The notes under the pieces were generated by a model. The model made no database searches. It was not told the origin of the DNA and saw only the letters and a program-made list of their open reading frames with translations. Made by a program: the position numbers and the translations under genes. Below, piece after piece: positions 24,700 through 38,300 of a stretch of DNA of 64,000 bases. The DNA is from Phoronis australis. Lineage: Eukaryota > Animalia > Phoronida. Positions within the stretch are counted from its first letter, which is position 1. Each line of letters starts with the position of its first letter. The stretch spans positions 164,452 through 228,451 of the forward strand of contig NMRA01000315.1 in assembly GCA_002633005.1 (NCBI GenBank), in the 5' to 3' direction.

Positions 24700-25024
24700 T
24701 TTAGGTTGTTATAGCCCAGTTGGCTGTTTGGTGTACTCACTTGGTACCTTATATATTTGCCCATTTGGCAGTTTGGTACTTATTATTGACTTTGCCGTTT
24801 TGCTCGACAGACTTGGTAGGCAATCGGCCAATACCCATTTGGTATTATGTACCCATTTGGTACTATACTAACCTGGGTATCGCAAAAGTGTGTGTTATCT
24901 TTTGTAATTTAGGTACCCATCTGGTACCTTCTGTGAAATAATTATCTGTGAAGCTTTGACCCTCAAATTCCCTATACAACCTAAAATTTATATTATTCTT
25001 GTGTTGTTATATTCATTCCCAATA
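24700..25024. repeat. Copy of the TACCCA(C/T)TTGGTA repeat family
   Basis: Colinear similarity to 15300-15664. Confidence 0.7.
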
Positions 25025-27974
25025 ATGCAATCGATAATACAATATTCGTGTGCATTGGGAACGTAGACTGTGAGTGGTATAGTCCGGATACCTATCGTCG
25101 TCAGGCTCCAATGATCGTCCGCCATCTTCTTTCGCATGCAGCGCAGCCACGCGGGACTTAGCGTTCCAATCTGGAGTGCTCGTCTGCACGTTAGGTACTA
25201 ACCTCTCGGGAGTAACACTCATCGAAGAACTGAGACGAAAGTCGGTGCATTTACCGACTGTTTTTGAAACCATTTAAAAACTTGTAGATTTTACTAATGC
25301 ATTTTTTGTTCATTATTCACACGAAACAAAAAACACTGGGATTGTTTATGCAAATTTTCTATTCGTCCCAGCTACTGACCGACACCTGTTTGGCCAATGG
25401 AAAAACGCAGCAGACAAATGCAACACGCTGGGTGCTTTACAGTTTCGGCCCACGCATTGGTTATCAAAATATTGTCCACTTAATTTTTATTGCAAAACAC
25501 AGTGCTGAGCTCAAAATTTATGTTGAAATTTTTGGTTCAGGCATTTTGGATTTATGTGAAGAAAATCAAATACTTGAATTGATAGAGAGTGGCCACCAAT
25601 AAAGTAAAACATTGACTTTATTTCATTATATTGCATTGTTACATACAACACGGCATGACATAATTAAAAATAAAAGAAGCGATTGAGCAATAAAATGCAA
25701 ATGCAACTTGGGTATTTATTTGTTTATTTATGATTGCAGAAGTCTGTTAAAGGTCAGAAAAAATCAAACAAAATTATATTGGGTAATTTATTAAAACAAC
25801 TGAATCGAGGTTCAATGATCAACTTCCGCCGACCAAGTCTCAAAGGGTTACAATTCTGTTTCGGCTGAAAAGGTGTTAACAGAGAATGCAGAAAAACTGA
25901 AAAGAAAAAGAAAGACAGCAGAGATGAGTGGTATTAAAAACAGCAACAGCAAAAAGCCAAACAAAGAGGTCACATATAGAAAATAAGTAAGATCTAACTG
26001 GAATAAAACAATCTCGCGATTTATTTTCCAGAACTGAAATTCTGAATCGATTTTAATCGATTTAAAAGTCGATATCATGCCAGTAAAACAGTTTCTGGTT
26101 GATCTAGAATTCTTGTAAACGACTTTCCACTATTTTCTGGGCCTTTTTCTGCGTGGTTTTCTGTTATTTCAAAAGGCAGCAGCATATGACGACCATGGCT
26201 GCCGAAAAGCAATGCACAGTTGAAACAACTCGGTATCAATAAAAGAAAAATTTTGAATCAACGAATATTTGTGAGAGTTAAATCAAATCCTATTCAGAGC
26301 ATAAATTTGAAGTGGATAATTGGGTGAGTACGACGACAAGCCGGTTTTATGCTTAGGCGGACGACCATTGGGTTCCCGAGTATATGCCGTTAACTTTATT
26401 TATCTAATGAGATTTATGGCACTCTGACATAAATCCTATTATTTGGGAAAATAACATTATACAGCCCTTCATGCTTCATATCCAACTCCTAGTTACATGT
26501 AGTTCCGATGGTAGTGCTGTTTGTTCTTTCTCTCCAGGTATCTGTTGGTCCAGCCTCAAGCAACAGTACGTTCACTCGTAGGTTTTCCTAATTGGACAAT
26601 TTTATACTTCAGTGAAATATTTATTTGTAGAGCTGTGACCCTGAAATTCCCAGTACAACTTTACATATGCATTGTTCTTGTTGTTTTATTTGTCCCCAAT
26701 AAATTTGAAGACATGCTTTGTACAACAGTTCATCACGTTTGATTTAATATGACAAGGCCCTTGCCACACGACTCTGGAAACTCTTGAAAACACTTTCTGT
26801 CCACACGCATATGCACACTGTAGACACTAAATGTATAACCAAAATCGTTAACTTTTAAAATTGTCTTCAACAGTGGATGTTTTAAAACGTCGTTATTACC
26901 GCATTCGTGTTAGAAGGTGAAAATACTACTTTTTGTACGCACAGTTACTGCACTTCTGTGAACATGCCTAAAAGCTAATGTCACTGTAGTACATCGATCC
27001 CGAGGATCTTCGACAAAACGCTCTCATGCTGTACGTTATTTTAAGTCCACGAATAACAACGTTTGTAAGAGAAACAGTTGGGAATCTGAATCAGGCCCTT
27101 TTGAAATAGTTTTCTGAATTCCTTGAAGTATTGTTAAAACAATTTCTAACAGCTTTTCATAAAACACTGCATAAAGCATAGTGTCTGAAAGTTTCACATG
27201 GATCCACTGGGCCTTTTATGAAATGTGTTGCATCGAAATCCGCCACATTTGAACATTTTGGTCCTACCTAACCTTAATACGCTTGAACAGGAGAATTGGT
27301 CTATTTGTGTGTGGAATATCACACTTCCTAAATGCAGTACTCTGTATTTTCGGGTGTGTTTGTCTCCTGCCATTCAAACTGGAAATGAAAGGTGAACGTG
27401 AGTTTCATTTTGGAGTAGAATTGATTATATCAAGTATCATTGTCTTTTCTTTTAAACAAAACACTGAGGTTATTATGTAGGACCTGAGCCCGTGCAGTAA
27501 GCAAAATGACTTCAAATGTTTAGATTTTACTACGTTAATTGAATACATTTTATGAGTTTTCTACGAATCCGTCAGTAATTGCGTAACGTGAGCTTGACAT
27601 TTTAGCAAAATTTAGAAGAAAGAAACAAAAGCTCCTTGATAGCAAAACAACAGTATGGATAACAAATGTAAAAATTCCTATTTTGACAGCCTCCCCAGTG
27701 TTTTAGAGAATTGTGCGGGCCGCATGCCGCATGTCACAATAGCTCAACTCATAACAACAACGTAAGGTGTGAAGAAAATATTCTAACTATAAATATTGGA
27801 TGTTCCACCAAAAAGCGCAAGCTTTCGTAATTACAAGTGGATCACAGCTGTACCCGAACAATCACCACATGCTTAAAACCAGTAAAGTCGGGTTGTATTC
27901 GTGTAAGTTGGGGTGAAGATCCATTCTTAACATGCGCGCACCCAGGGAGGTGGCTCGGAGGGGGGGCTGGAACG

Positions 27975-28180
27975 AGCCCCCCAACTGATTTGGAGAAGTG
28001 GGCAAAAAGGTCCGCCTCTGAGTGACAAAAAGTCCGAGAAAATGAGGCATAAGTCCAATAAATTGTGCAAACGCGCAATTCACAGTGGTGCTCCCATTTT
28101 TTTTTTATAGTCCGGCCGCTTTTTTGTTACCAAAAGGTCCACAAAGTCAGGAATTCTTAATGCTTAAGACGCGCGTGCAC
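27975..28180. repeat. Dispersed repeat; inverted copy at ~55610-55820
   Basis: AAAAAGGTCCGCCT...AAAGTCCGAGAAAATGAG...CGCGCAATTCACAGTGGTG...AAAAGGTCCACAA is present as reverse complement at 55610-55820. Confidence 0.65.
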
Positions 28181-28435
28181 CTTTACCAGACATAGTAAAA
28201 GCTCTCATAATTTTACCCCGGACCAAAACTTCAACTGCTGACAGGCACTTATACCACGGACAATTTCCAGCGAACATGACCGAAGGTGCGCGAGGAAACG
28301 TCCTCTGACGATCAATAAACAGTACCTAATTCGTCCGTGGTATGAGTGCCTGTGTGTCTGTGGTTAAAGTTTTTGTTCCGTGGTAAGAGTGTTTTTGTTG
28401 TACGCTGGAGTGCTTTTGCCGTGTGGTAAGGGTGT
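28177..28435. repeat. Imperfect hairpin (MITE-like) with CCGTGGTAAGAG subrepeats
   Basis: ACAGGCACTTATACCACGGAC (~28241-28261) is the near-exact reverse complement of GTCCGTGGTATGAGTGCCTGT (~28333-28353); the outer arms are also inverted. Confidence 0.6.
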
Positions 28436-29347
28436 TCACCCGTGGTAAGAGTAGCTTTGCACCACTGAGCTGTCTTGTACTGCTACATATTTGCGCAGAC
28501 TATCTGCGTTTTCAAGCATAGCCCTGACTTAATTTAACACTCGTAGAAGCATATGGGGGATAAAATGGAGCAACATCACGGCTTATTAGCAGCGTGTTCC
28601 GCAGCCTGCTGACTGTCTCCCTACAGTGACAATTTCACAAAACCTCTCATGCAGTTGCTGGGGACCTAGTGTTAAGATAAATTTCTGTTATTATTTGTAC
28701 TACTAGATAATTATACGATTTTGCTATAGTAGTAGAGCTCAGGTGGTGCTGGGTATATTTTCAGACAATTCTAAACTTTCGAAGATGTCTCCACTTTACG
28801 CCGCGGTCTGCTAGACAGCGCCAGTACCCACCGCCGGCTTCCCGACTCGTACATTGTAAGTAGTGACTATGTTTACGGCCATTAGAACGCAAAATATTCT
28901 AATCGATGAATTTGTTCAGAAAAAGTATAGTTTTCTAAACTGATTTTCTTGGTACCAAACACAAATTCCACTCAGAACCCAACATTCCACAGCAAGAAAC
29001 AACTGCAGTACAACTATCCAGGCATGAGAGGCGCTACCTCAGCCATTTGCAAACCCCTAAGCGGTCTGTTCATTGCGGAGACAATTTCCCCTGCATTTAT
29101 TGAAAAGGTAAAGACTACTTATTTCCTATATCAGGGTGACTATTCTGTTCATAAAATGACCCTATGAAATTTCAATCTCATTCTAAAACTATTTTAACAC
29201 TTTTTCAAGTTATCTTCTTGCCACTGTATAGCACAGTGAGCTCAAATGAAAAACAGAAAATTCCAGACAAATTCAAAATATTTTTATTTGTCAATTAAAA
29301 TCATAGCCTACGCACGTGTAGCTAACGCAATTGAAAATGTTTCCTTT

Positions 29348-32300
29348 TCACTGAAGGTTTGTCCCGAACACCTGTAAAATATAATGAATACATGTATATA
29401 AAGAGCGGTAAATGGGAAGATTGTGGTGCACAACAAAGCAATGCTATATGGGAATTCATATACCACTTTGATTTTTACACGTCATTTTATAAACTTCAGC
29501 AAAGAATCATATATTAAAGTTTAAAAGAAAAACGTGGACTCAACAGCTTTTGAATTCATAAATGTGTTGAGAATTTTGACGTGTTTTTCTTCAGAAATAG
29601 AAAGGTTCTGGAAACGCACAGGCAGGAAGAGAATCCCCGATTTTCGTATGTACAACGTCATTTTTATGCGTCCACATGCAAGTATACATATGTGGACGCA
29701 TATCATGTCTGTCTGGGTGTCTGGATGTAATGAGATTTGTGAAACTGACGACGGATGGCGACGAATTTTGGACCTATCCGACTACAGCTGTGCTCCCTAG
29801 TGACATTTTTTACGTTTGCATCTGTATCTTCCTTGAAAGATTTTCACTATATTTGGACAACAGGTTTCTATTACGGACACGAAACAATGCCGTTTTCGGA
29901 CAGGAGTTGTTGATTCTTTGCCACCTAGCGGCCACTCAAAATTTTTCACTCCGTTTTTGGCGTCCGCCTTTCTACATTCCAAACTGTAGGGTTTTATTGT
30001 TAAACCGAAAAACAATTTTCATATTTTTAACATGTTTTTATGTAAAATTGTCCATATACTTTGAGGATGTACCAGGTCAACATGGATCTAACATTGGCGC
30101 AGCGCCACCACGCAGATTAGTTTAGTACTCCATTGATACAAAACATATGTCTTTGTCAGCATGCTCCTTTCAGTCAATTTGATTAACATGTGGATTTTTA
30201 AGGTTTCAAGACAGTTAGATTGCGCAAGTCTCAGTCGATTCCTATTCGTAAATTGTCTCCTTCAAGACGGTACTATCTCGGTGTCATGAAATGGCAGTTA
30301 AAAGTGGTGCTTTCTTAATTATATTGTTGCGCGTGTTACTGCGATTTCATTGGAATGGGCGCATACGAACAATTAGTTTTGTGGCACTGTAGAGCCGGTT
30401 CACTAAAAATGTTCACGCCGGTCAAATTTACTCTCATTTTGTTTTTGCTAATTAGATGACGAAAAACTCAACCTTTACTAAATGCTTCTAGGATACACAT
30501 TTTCCAGAAATATGCGTAGTCTATATAAATACCTAATATTTCAAATGATACAAAAATACTGTTTTCAGTTTTCTTTGAAAGCAAAAGTATTACAGTTGGA
30601 TGCTCTACAGTGCATATGAGCTACAGTATAATGATTAGAGTTAGCGTTAGAGAACCCTCAAAAGTGTTATTCACTTAGATTCTCCAGAACAGGCTGCCAA
30701 ATTAAGATCAGTAACCTGATCTTAAATTTGGCCAATCCCGGAAAAGTGATACGATTTATCACTAACGTAAGGCATAAATGTCATTGTGTGATCAGGGGTA
30801 AATTAAGTTTGTTTCCCTCGCGCGACTGACTGTTAGGAATGGACGCGACTCAATATTATATTTTGCTATCAAATCCACAAAATAAAAACATTTTTCATTT
30901 TAAAAAAATTACATTTGAGCAACTTCCAGCAATGAAAAGTGACAATCAAATAATTTACTGATCCCACAAGGAAATACCCTTGCCAGAGGGGTGAGGGTGG
31001 CGCGACGGGAAAACAAATGAGACGGACTGCAGTACTTTGCTGCAGCGACTTTCCAAATTTGCGGTTACCCGTGAAAGTACTCACCGAGTTAATAAATGAA
31101 AAAAACTCCAAAAGTGCAAGTTTGTTGTCGCCGTTACCTGTCAAATAAAAATATGATAATGGGTACTTAGATAACAGTTTGATGACGGTAACTCTCAAAC
31201 ACTGGAAGAGGGCAAATAGGGAAGATGGCCGGAGAAACTCGAAGTGAAGATTGAATGACTCAAATATCAAAGCTCATCAGGTTAGCTGCTGGAAAAGTAA
31301 TCAAATAGTTTGATGTTATATCGGGAAACCCATGGAAGGCTAAAAAAAACTAGGGAAGATTTTTAAAGTTGAAAAAAGCCTACAAACTGACAGGGAGTCT
31401 GCAAAAGGTCGTGCAGTTGTATATTCTAAACAGATGGTCTTCTCAATCTGAGACCGCTTTCCAATAAGAACCACCCAATAAAGGCATCCAAGTTCAAATT
31501 GAACAATAGATGTCACTGATTGAGCTACCCTAATTTGAAATCTAAAATATAATAACTTAAAACGACCAACACGAAGTTTGTTTTAAACTTACAGTAAAAT
31601 GGCAAAGGGGAAAAAGTAAGATTCCTACTGAATGTGAACATCATTGTTATGCGCTTTCTCAGGAACTGATAAATTCGTGTACTGTGAACATTTCCGTTGC
31701 GCATTTTTTCGGTATATTTTTACTTCGAGATTATTTACAGACGTGATTCCCCAAGCTGGAAACCCTATCATCAGAACTGAGTAACAGATCGACTTCCTTT
31801 GTGCTGAAAACAAAGTCTTAGCTCTGCCTACAAGAGTTTTCTTACTTTGGGGTTGTTCGTACAAAAATCATCAAAGTAGGAAACAAACACAATTCTGCGC
31901 CAAAAGATTCAGAAGGAGTTTATAAGAAATAAGCCTACAGGGCTGAGTTGCATAAAATTTCAAAACTTATCAGCTAGATAAGTTTGATTGTTGCATAACG
32001 TCGATGTATTGTTCAACAATAACGTGACGCGTGATAATGCGACGTCATTGTTGCTATACGGCGTATAACTTATATGCACCTGGGCCCAGCAGGTGTACAC
32101 GCTAAATGTATGTTACAGTAACTTCAAAAGTCACAGCGTCAAAGTACATCTGAGGAAACACCAAGCAGATAGCAAAGGATAGTGGGTTAATAGGAGATAG
32201 AACGCAATGATGTATGTGTTTACCTTCATGAACATAGAAAGCAGCTAAAATTTCGTCATAGGTAACGAAATTGTTGTTGTCACTGTCCAAGTAGTTGAAG

Positions 32301-35300
32301 ATCATTATGTAGACATCACCTGCATTATTTATTTCATAATACGAGATCACTGAGTCCCCTGAAAAAGAAGATTATGTCGTTTGTATTCACCAAAGTGTAA
32401 TAGGTCCAAAATTACTTAGCAAGAATTTGTCTGAGGATTATCGAGGCTCATGCTGGTCACAGGCGCTCGAATTTTCAGATGACTCATAACCATTTACAGG
32501 AAACATAAAGGTTGGACACTAAAACTTTGACGAGTTGAGGCTCCCAACTTTAACTGTCCGAAATCCAAATAAAATCTGCGTGTATCTCCCTCAGACCGGT
32601 ACTGCATAAACCTTTGAAGCCATATCTTTCCTTGAGCCTATTAAATTATCCCTGTGCGTGGTGAATTAGACGAAATTTTCGAAACAACCTCAAAACTCTG
32701 AATTCAAGAACCCAAAACAGTTAACATGGCGGATTCTTGTTTTGCTTTAACTTGTACGCCTGTCGAAGATAAAATTTCGAGTTTGAGCAACCAGCCTCAA
32801 CATAAATGTCAAGAAATTTATCCCCAATTTAAAGTCCTGCTCTCAAACTGCCCATGTGGTTCCAGTATCCGAAAATACTTACTACATAAATTCTTATTTT
32901 CGACACACTTTCTTTATATTCTTTTCGCCTTTCCTGCCAAAAGCGATTTTTAACAGTATTTGACCCTTCTCTGTGAGCTTAAAATTACCGGCTGTGATCG
33001 GTTATTTCCGTACCCACATTTCCGGCTCATCAGTTCAGGAACTTGTCCTGAACGCCGCCATTTTTTCCTTGTAACTGAATGTGCTATGGCTTGCTCGAAA
33101 AGTCTTCACTATTTTGTTCTATTAGTAATATCTCGTGCATATGTAGTGTATTTATAGTTTGTAGTTAGTGGTCGTTGATTTTTTGGAATGTTTCGCTTAC
33201 TCAGTATGTTAAACTAGCATTGGCGTTTAGTTCCTTACGTAGGCCGGTCGAACCTAGGAACCAGTATGGGTCGAACCAATTTTTTTTTGGTTTTATTTTT
33301 TTCTCGTTTTGAAAAAGTACTTTGCTATCATCGGAAAGGCAGTACATTCTACTCAGTAAAAATCGAAAAAGTANAGTGTCTGGTCTCGATCCGCACCGGG
33401 TCCGATAGGCTGCGGTCCCGAGTCTGGCAAAATAATTTCTGTCAAAATTTATTCGCCACAATTCTTCCGCAAATTCAATAAAATTGTCCGTAGTTTGATT
33501 TTATTTAAATTAAGGCGCGCTGTCGATTATTTTATCCCCGTTTGGTGGCTGGTAACAGCACAGGCACTGCTCCAGTCGCACTGACGGCGTTTTCTCGGCC
33601 TGGTTTCCTGAATGAATTGTACTTCCGGGTTCGCGGCAAGTTCAAAATGGCGGTGGTTCTTCGGGTGCGAATCGTGAGTGGCGCGTTCATTTAAACTTTT
33701 TTCAAGTACGGATCGTGTATTAGTTTTGGGGTAGGTACTTCTTGGATCATTATAACATCCTCTAACCATGTAATAAGGGTTAACAACGTGTGAGAGCAGG
33801 ACCTTAAATGATTGAGGTTACTCAAAAAATCCTTTCATTTCTGTGTTATGTGTTTCTCCTTATAGCTCATTTTGTCACTTAATGTAGAATTCAATAGCAA
33901 GAACGGGCTTATCTTGTGTTTCGGTAAATCACCTATCGGCAATTGCCGGATTTTACAGTAGGCCAGCGCTTCAATTATAAACAACATTATTTTTCATAAC
34001 GAGAGTTTAACTACATTCAAACTTATGCTAAATTATGTGGAGGGCACTCAAAAAACATTCGTGGGCGCGCGAAAACAGAGCTTCGGAATTGCTTTGGGAG
34101 CGTCCGCCAAAAAACCGTATGCTCGAAAGTCGTCTGCCATGAATGTATTACGTCACGAAATAAGGACCTTGAATTTGTGATTTTGGTCTTTATTCGTCAA
34201 TTTTGTCGTCAAATCAGCACTCGAAGGCATTTTGAAGTGATCGAGTGAAAGAAGGTATTCAAATATTTGTTGGATACAATTACCGTAGAGTTCCATGTAC
34301 ATTTGAGTAGAAAATTCTGAGCAAACAGATTTTGAGTGTCCAACTTTATGTTTTCTTTGTAGTGAGTGACGTCAGTAGCCATCCATGAACAGAAAAACTC
34401 AAGCGCCTGTGATGCTGGTAAGGTTCTGTAGACGCAATGAACACGACAAGTAAGTAAGTGTGATCACGTGCTTCACTTTTAATAAATGGCGCTATCTCGC
34501 GACGTCTTGAGTGTTCTTGCGTTTGGGTGAGAGGCGCTGTTATCGCCGTAGTATACTATTGCGCCCTTTAAAACAGGTGTTAAAACATGGATAACAAGAA
34601 AAGCTGATGTAAGTGAAGCCACAAAGCAAAGACAAACTATTATTAGATTTTCGTGATTTGCATTATGATTTTGCTTTTATTTTGCAATGTCTTCAACCGG
34701 GGCAAAGGCTGATTTGTCTATACTCATGAGGGTTAATTCAATAATTGGCCAAGAATGAAAAAATATGGGCAATGGCAGAAAAATTTGAACAAAGAGATTC
34801 ATTCAAACAAGAGTTCCAGTTTCGATTATGTTGAATAGCGTGGTCTTATGCGTTTGCCATAAAATTGCCCTGCCCTTTAATTGCGACTTTTGTTTGCGTT
34901 ATTAAGTTTTGTTGTCATTTTCCCCAGAATGAAGTTTTTAACGAGACTTGTTGGCAAAAAATGAATGACGGTTCATTTTAGCTGTTTGACAGGAATCTCC
35001 AACAGACAAGCTCACGGCCATTAATCGCGGGACTATTTTATTAGGTTCAGATCAACTCATTCCAATACTCATTTGATACAGCACAGTGGTTGTCTTTGAA
35101 TTATTGAGTAACTTGGATTTAACCACTGCCGTCAAAGAACGTCCAAATGAAATTATAAAACGGTGCGAAATTGTTACTATGAAATATCACGTTTTTTAAA
35201 GTATAGGATTACCAGTTTCTTGTTTTACAGGGGAGTGTTACCTTTTTCGAAGGTGTTTTTGGTCAAAATTGGGATAGTTTGCGTTCTCTGAAATGCGGTT

Positions 35301-38300
35301 TGAACCTTTTTAGTTAATTTCAATAAAATGAACTCGAGGACTTCATGGATTTATATTGTGTATTTAGGAACTCTAATTCGAAGTATTAAATTAAAGGGTC
35401 ATATCACAAAACATGAACCAAAAGAAAGGTTTCGAAATATGGTTCTTAGGGCTATTAAGGAACGTAATTTTTTAGGTTAAAATGTGCATTTCGGGGATTA
35501 TCCGTTGTGCCGATGTGATTCTATTGGTCTAATCGTCGATATTCGAGACTAATTTCCAGTCATTCGGTGGAATTAACGGAAATCAAAACTGGTGACCTCA
35601 GTTATTGAATACTCTCAAGACACCTAGCATTTAGCAAAATGTCGAACTGCAGGCATTGAAGTCGTGGGCTCGAAATTCGTCTTGGAGCTAATTTCAAATA
35701 CACATACTGTCGCCGGCGATAATAGTTCTTCAAGCAGGATATTTGACGCTATGTGAAGTGGCGCAGTTACAGTTTATTAGAAAGAAACTGTATAATTTTC
35801 AAAGGTTAAGGCCCGATCAGCATAGATTAATAAATTCTAGGGTTTTTATATTATGATATCGGTCTGTTTATCCTCTTAGTACCTACATACATTTGTACGG
35901 TAAGAACAGAGTTCGCAACGATAACGTGCTTGTCTGGCTCACGAGTCGGTTACTTGTTATCCGGAACCACTCGGGTATTTTCGTGGCCTAAAATTATGAC
36001 TCGGAGGTCCTACATGTCTGCGCAAGTGTGAACTTCATTCATTACACCAAATGCATTTCATCACACAAAAGCTAAAACCATGACCTAAAAAGTCTCAAAA
36101 TTCGTAGGCAACGCAACTCTGAAACTAAGTCCTGATCAGATATACATGTAGCTTTACACATAACCCTTAGTTAAGCCTTTCATTACAGGGTAATCCCGGA
36201 GGCATTTTACGGTCTCCATTTTGAAGAGTCACGTGACTCAGACTTGTTACAATGATTGAAGTTCGCACTTGCCCAGACATGAAACATCTCCGAGGGATAA
36301 TTTGAGTCTACGAGAAAATCCGAGGTGTTCCGGGGGAGGTCATTTACGATGTGCGCAAACGAATATTATACACGCTTGTGTTGACTTACGTAGTAAATGA
36401 CCAAACTCCCCAAACTGGAGGTTGTGACCAAACGTCACCAAACTTATAATGTAGGCAAATTAATTTGTTAGTGCTTGGCGGTCCTTCTCCACTGGCAAAG
36501 TGTTTGATCAAGTTTGCAAACAAAAAGCTCGTCAGTGTAGACCGTGTATAACCGCAAGCAAGATGTTGCAAATTCACAACAGAGAGAGAGGGAGAGGGAG
36601 ATGTTTATATTGTAGCAATCACACCATATACATCACCACGCCTGCGAACTGACGAGACTGTTCGAAGCGACGACATCAATGGGCAAGAGGCGGTTAGTGT
36701 ACACAGTTCTTCGGGCGAATACATACATACCATTCCTATCCGCTAGCATTAATTTGCTAGAGACTTCGCTGTAACTTAATCCATGGTCATTGTTGACATC
36801 TGCATTAGCGAACCAGTTCACACAATCCTGGCGAAACATTGCCATCCTAAAATGTATACAACTCACAGGTCACACTTTTTTCGCACAAATTCAGCGATTT
36901 GAAGAACTTTTTCAAGTTTTGGTACTGTACCTATGGCGCATTTTGGTTTAATTATGTTAGGCTTACTCAGTAATTTTTTGAGCAACGGTTGAATTCCACG
37001 ATTAGAATAATTAGTGACGAGTGCGGATTTGATGTGTACTGCGAGTGAAGGCTTCCACATGCCATTTGCTCGTGTTTGTCCATAATGACAGCTTTTGATT
37101 GTTGACTGTTTCACCTTATTTCTTAATAGTGGTGACGTTTCTCAGACCCTCACTACTGGAAAGTGGAGAATAGTAAATTCAAACAACTGGAAGACTTTAT
37201 ACTTGGAAAAAGACTGGTCAACATCTAATTTTCATTCAATGTTTCAATACAAGAAGGGTCTTTAAATTGCAAATGCATTGTTTGCTGGCATTTAAATCGG
37301 ATGGTTTGGGGATGTATTTTGCTCGTCTTTTGAAGTACCGGCCATACTACATAAACACATTAAGTGTTGTCGGGCATAGAATATTCAACTTAAAATCCGA
37401 TTTTTAATTTTCAGGTTTGCACAGCCATCAAAAACCCCTGTTTGTCACCCTTAAACACAAAGAAATAGGCTCTGGCGATAGATGGCGTTACAGTATTTTA
37501 CATGCCAGTTATAGCTAACCTGCGTCTCGAATGAATATTTAATTTAGTGACATTTCAGAGCCATTGGACTGGAATGGAATACAATTTTAAATCTGATCTA
37601 TAATCAAGTAATAACAATTGTCTATATTATCGTTTTACAATTTTGCATTGCTATGCCGAGCCTAGCCTTGACCCCGAGTCTCAAGATGGCGCTGATCGGT
37701 TTAGCCACTTGAGGCTTGGTTATGGGAAATGAAATGTGTCAGAATGCCAACATAGAAATCCCCGAAATATCACGAGTAACATCAAGTTATACCAACTTTA
37801 GAACTTAAATGCTGTGCTATCGTGTTTTCAGCAAAATAGTGTTTGTCCAAAATTATTGCCAAATTGACTTAACAGTGTTTAACGAACTATGAAACAGAGC
37901 TATATGACGGAGATGGATCACTTTTTATGCAATTTTACTGTACATGTAGTTCCAGGTACACTTTTTTGGTAACGTGCTTGGTAATTTGCCGTAGGACGTG
38001 TTGATGGAAGTGTTCTTTAAAAGGCATATTGAGCCCTTCATCGGTGGGTACTTCGGAAGTATGTATATTACCATGGAAACCCTGTTACACTCAGTGACGA
38101 TGTAGTTTGTTTGTGTTTTAGTTTTGACAGGAAATAAGGCGTCCTTGTGTTATTTACTTTTTACCTGTAGATATTTGGCTGACTACCTTTAATTAACTGC
38201 TGATAGTTGATTTAATAGAATGTGAATGGTTTACAAGAGCTGGAAAGCATCGTAAGAAAGACTACCTAAAATGGGCTGCGTATTCAATAGGCATCTTGAC

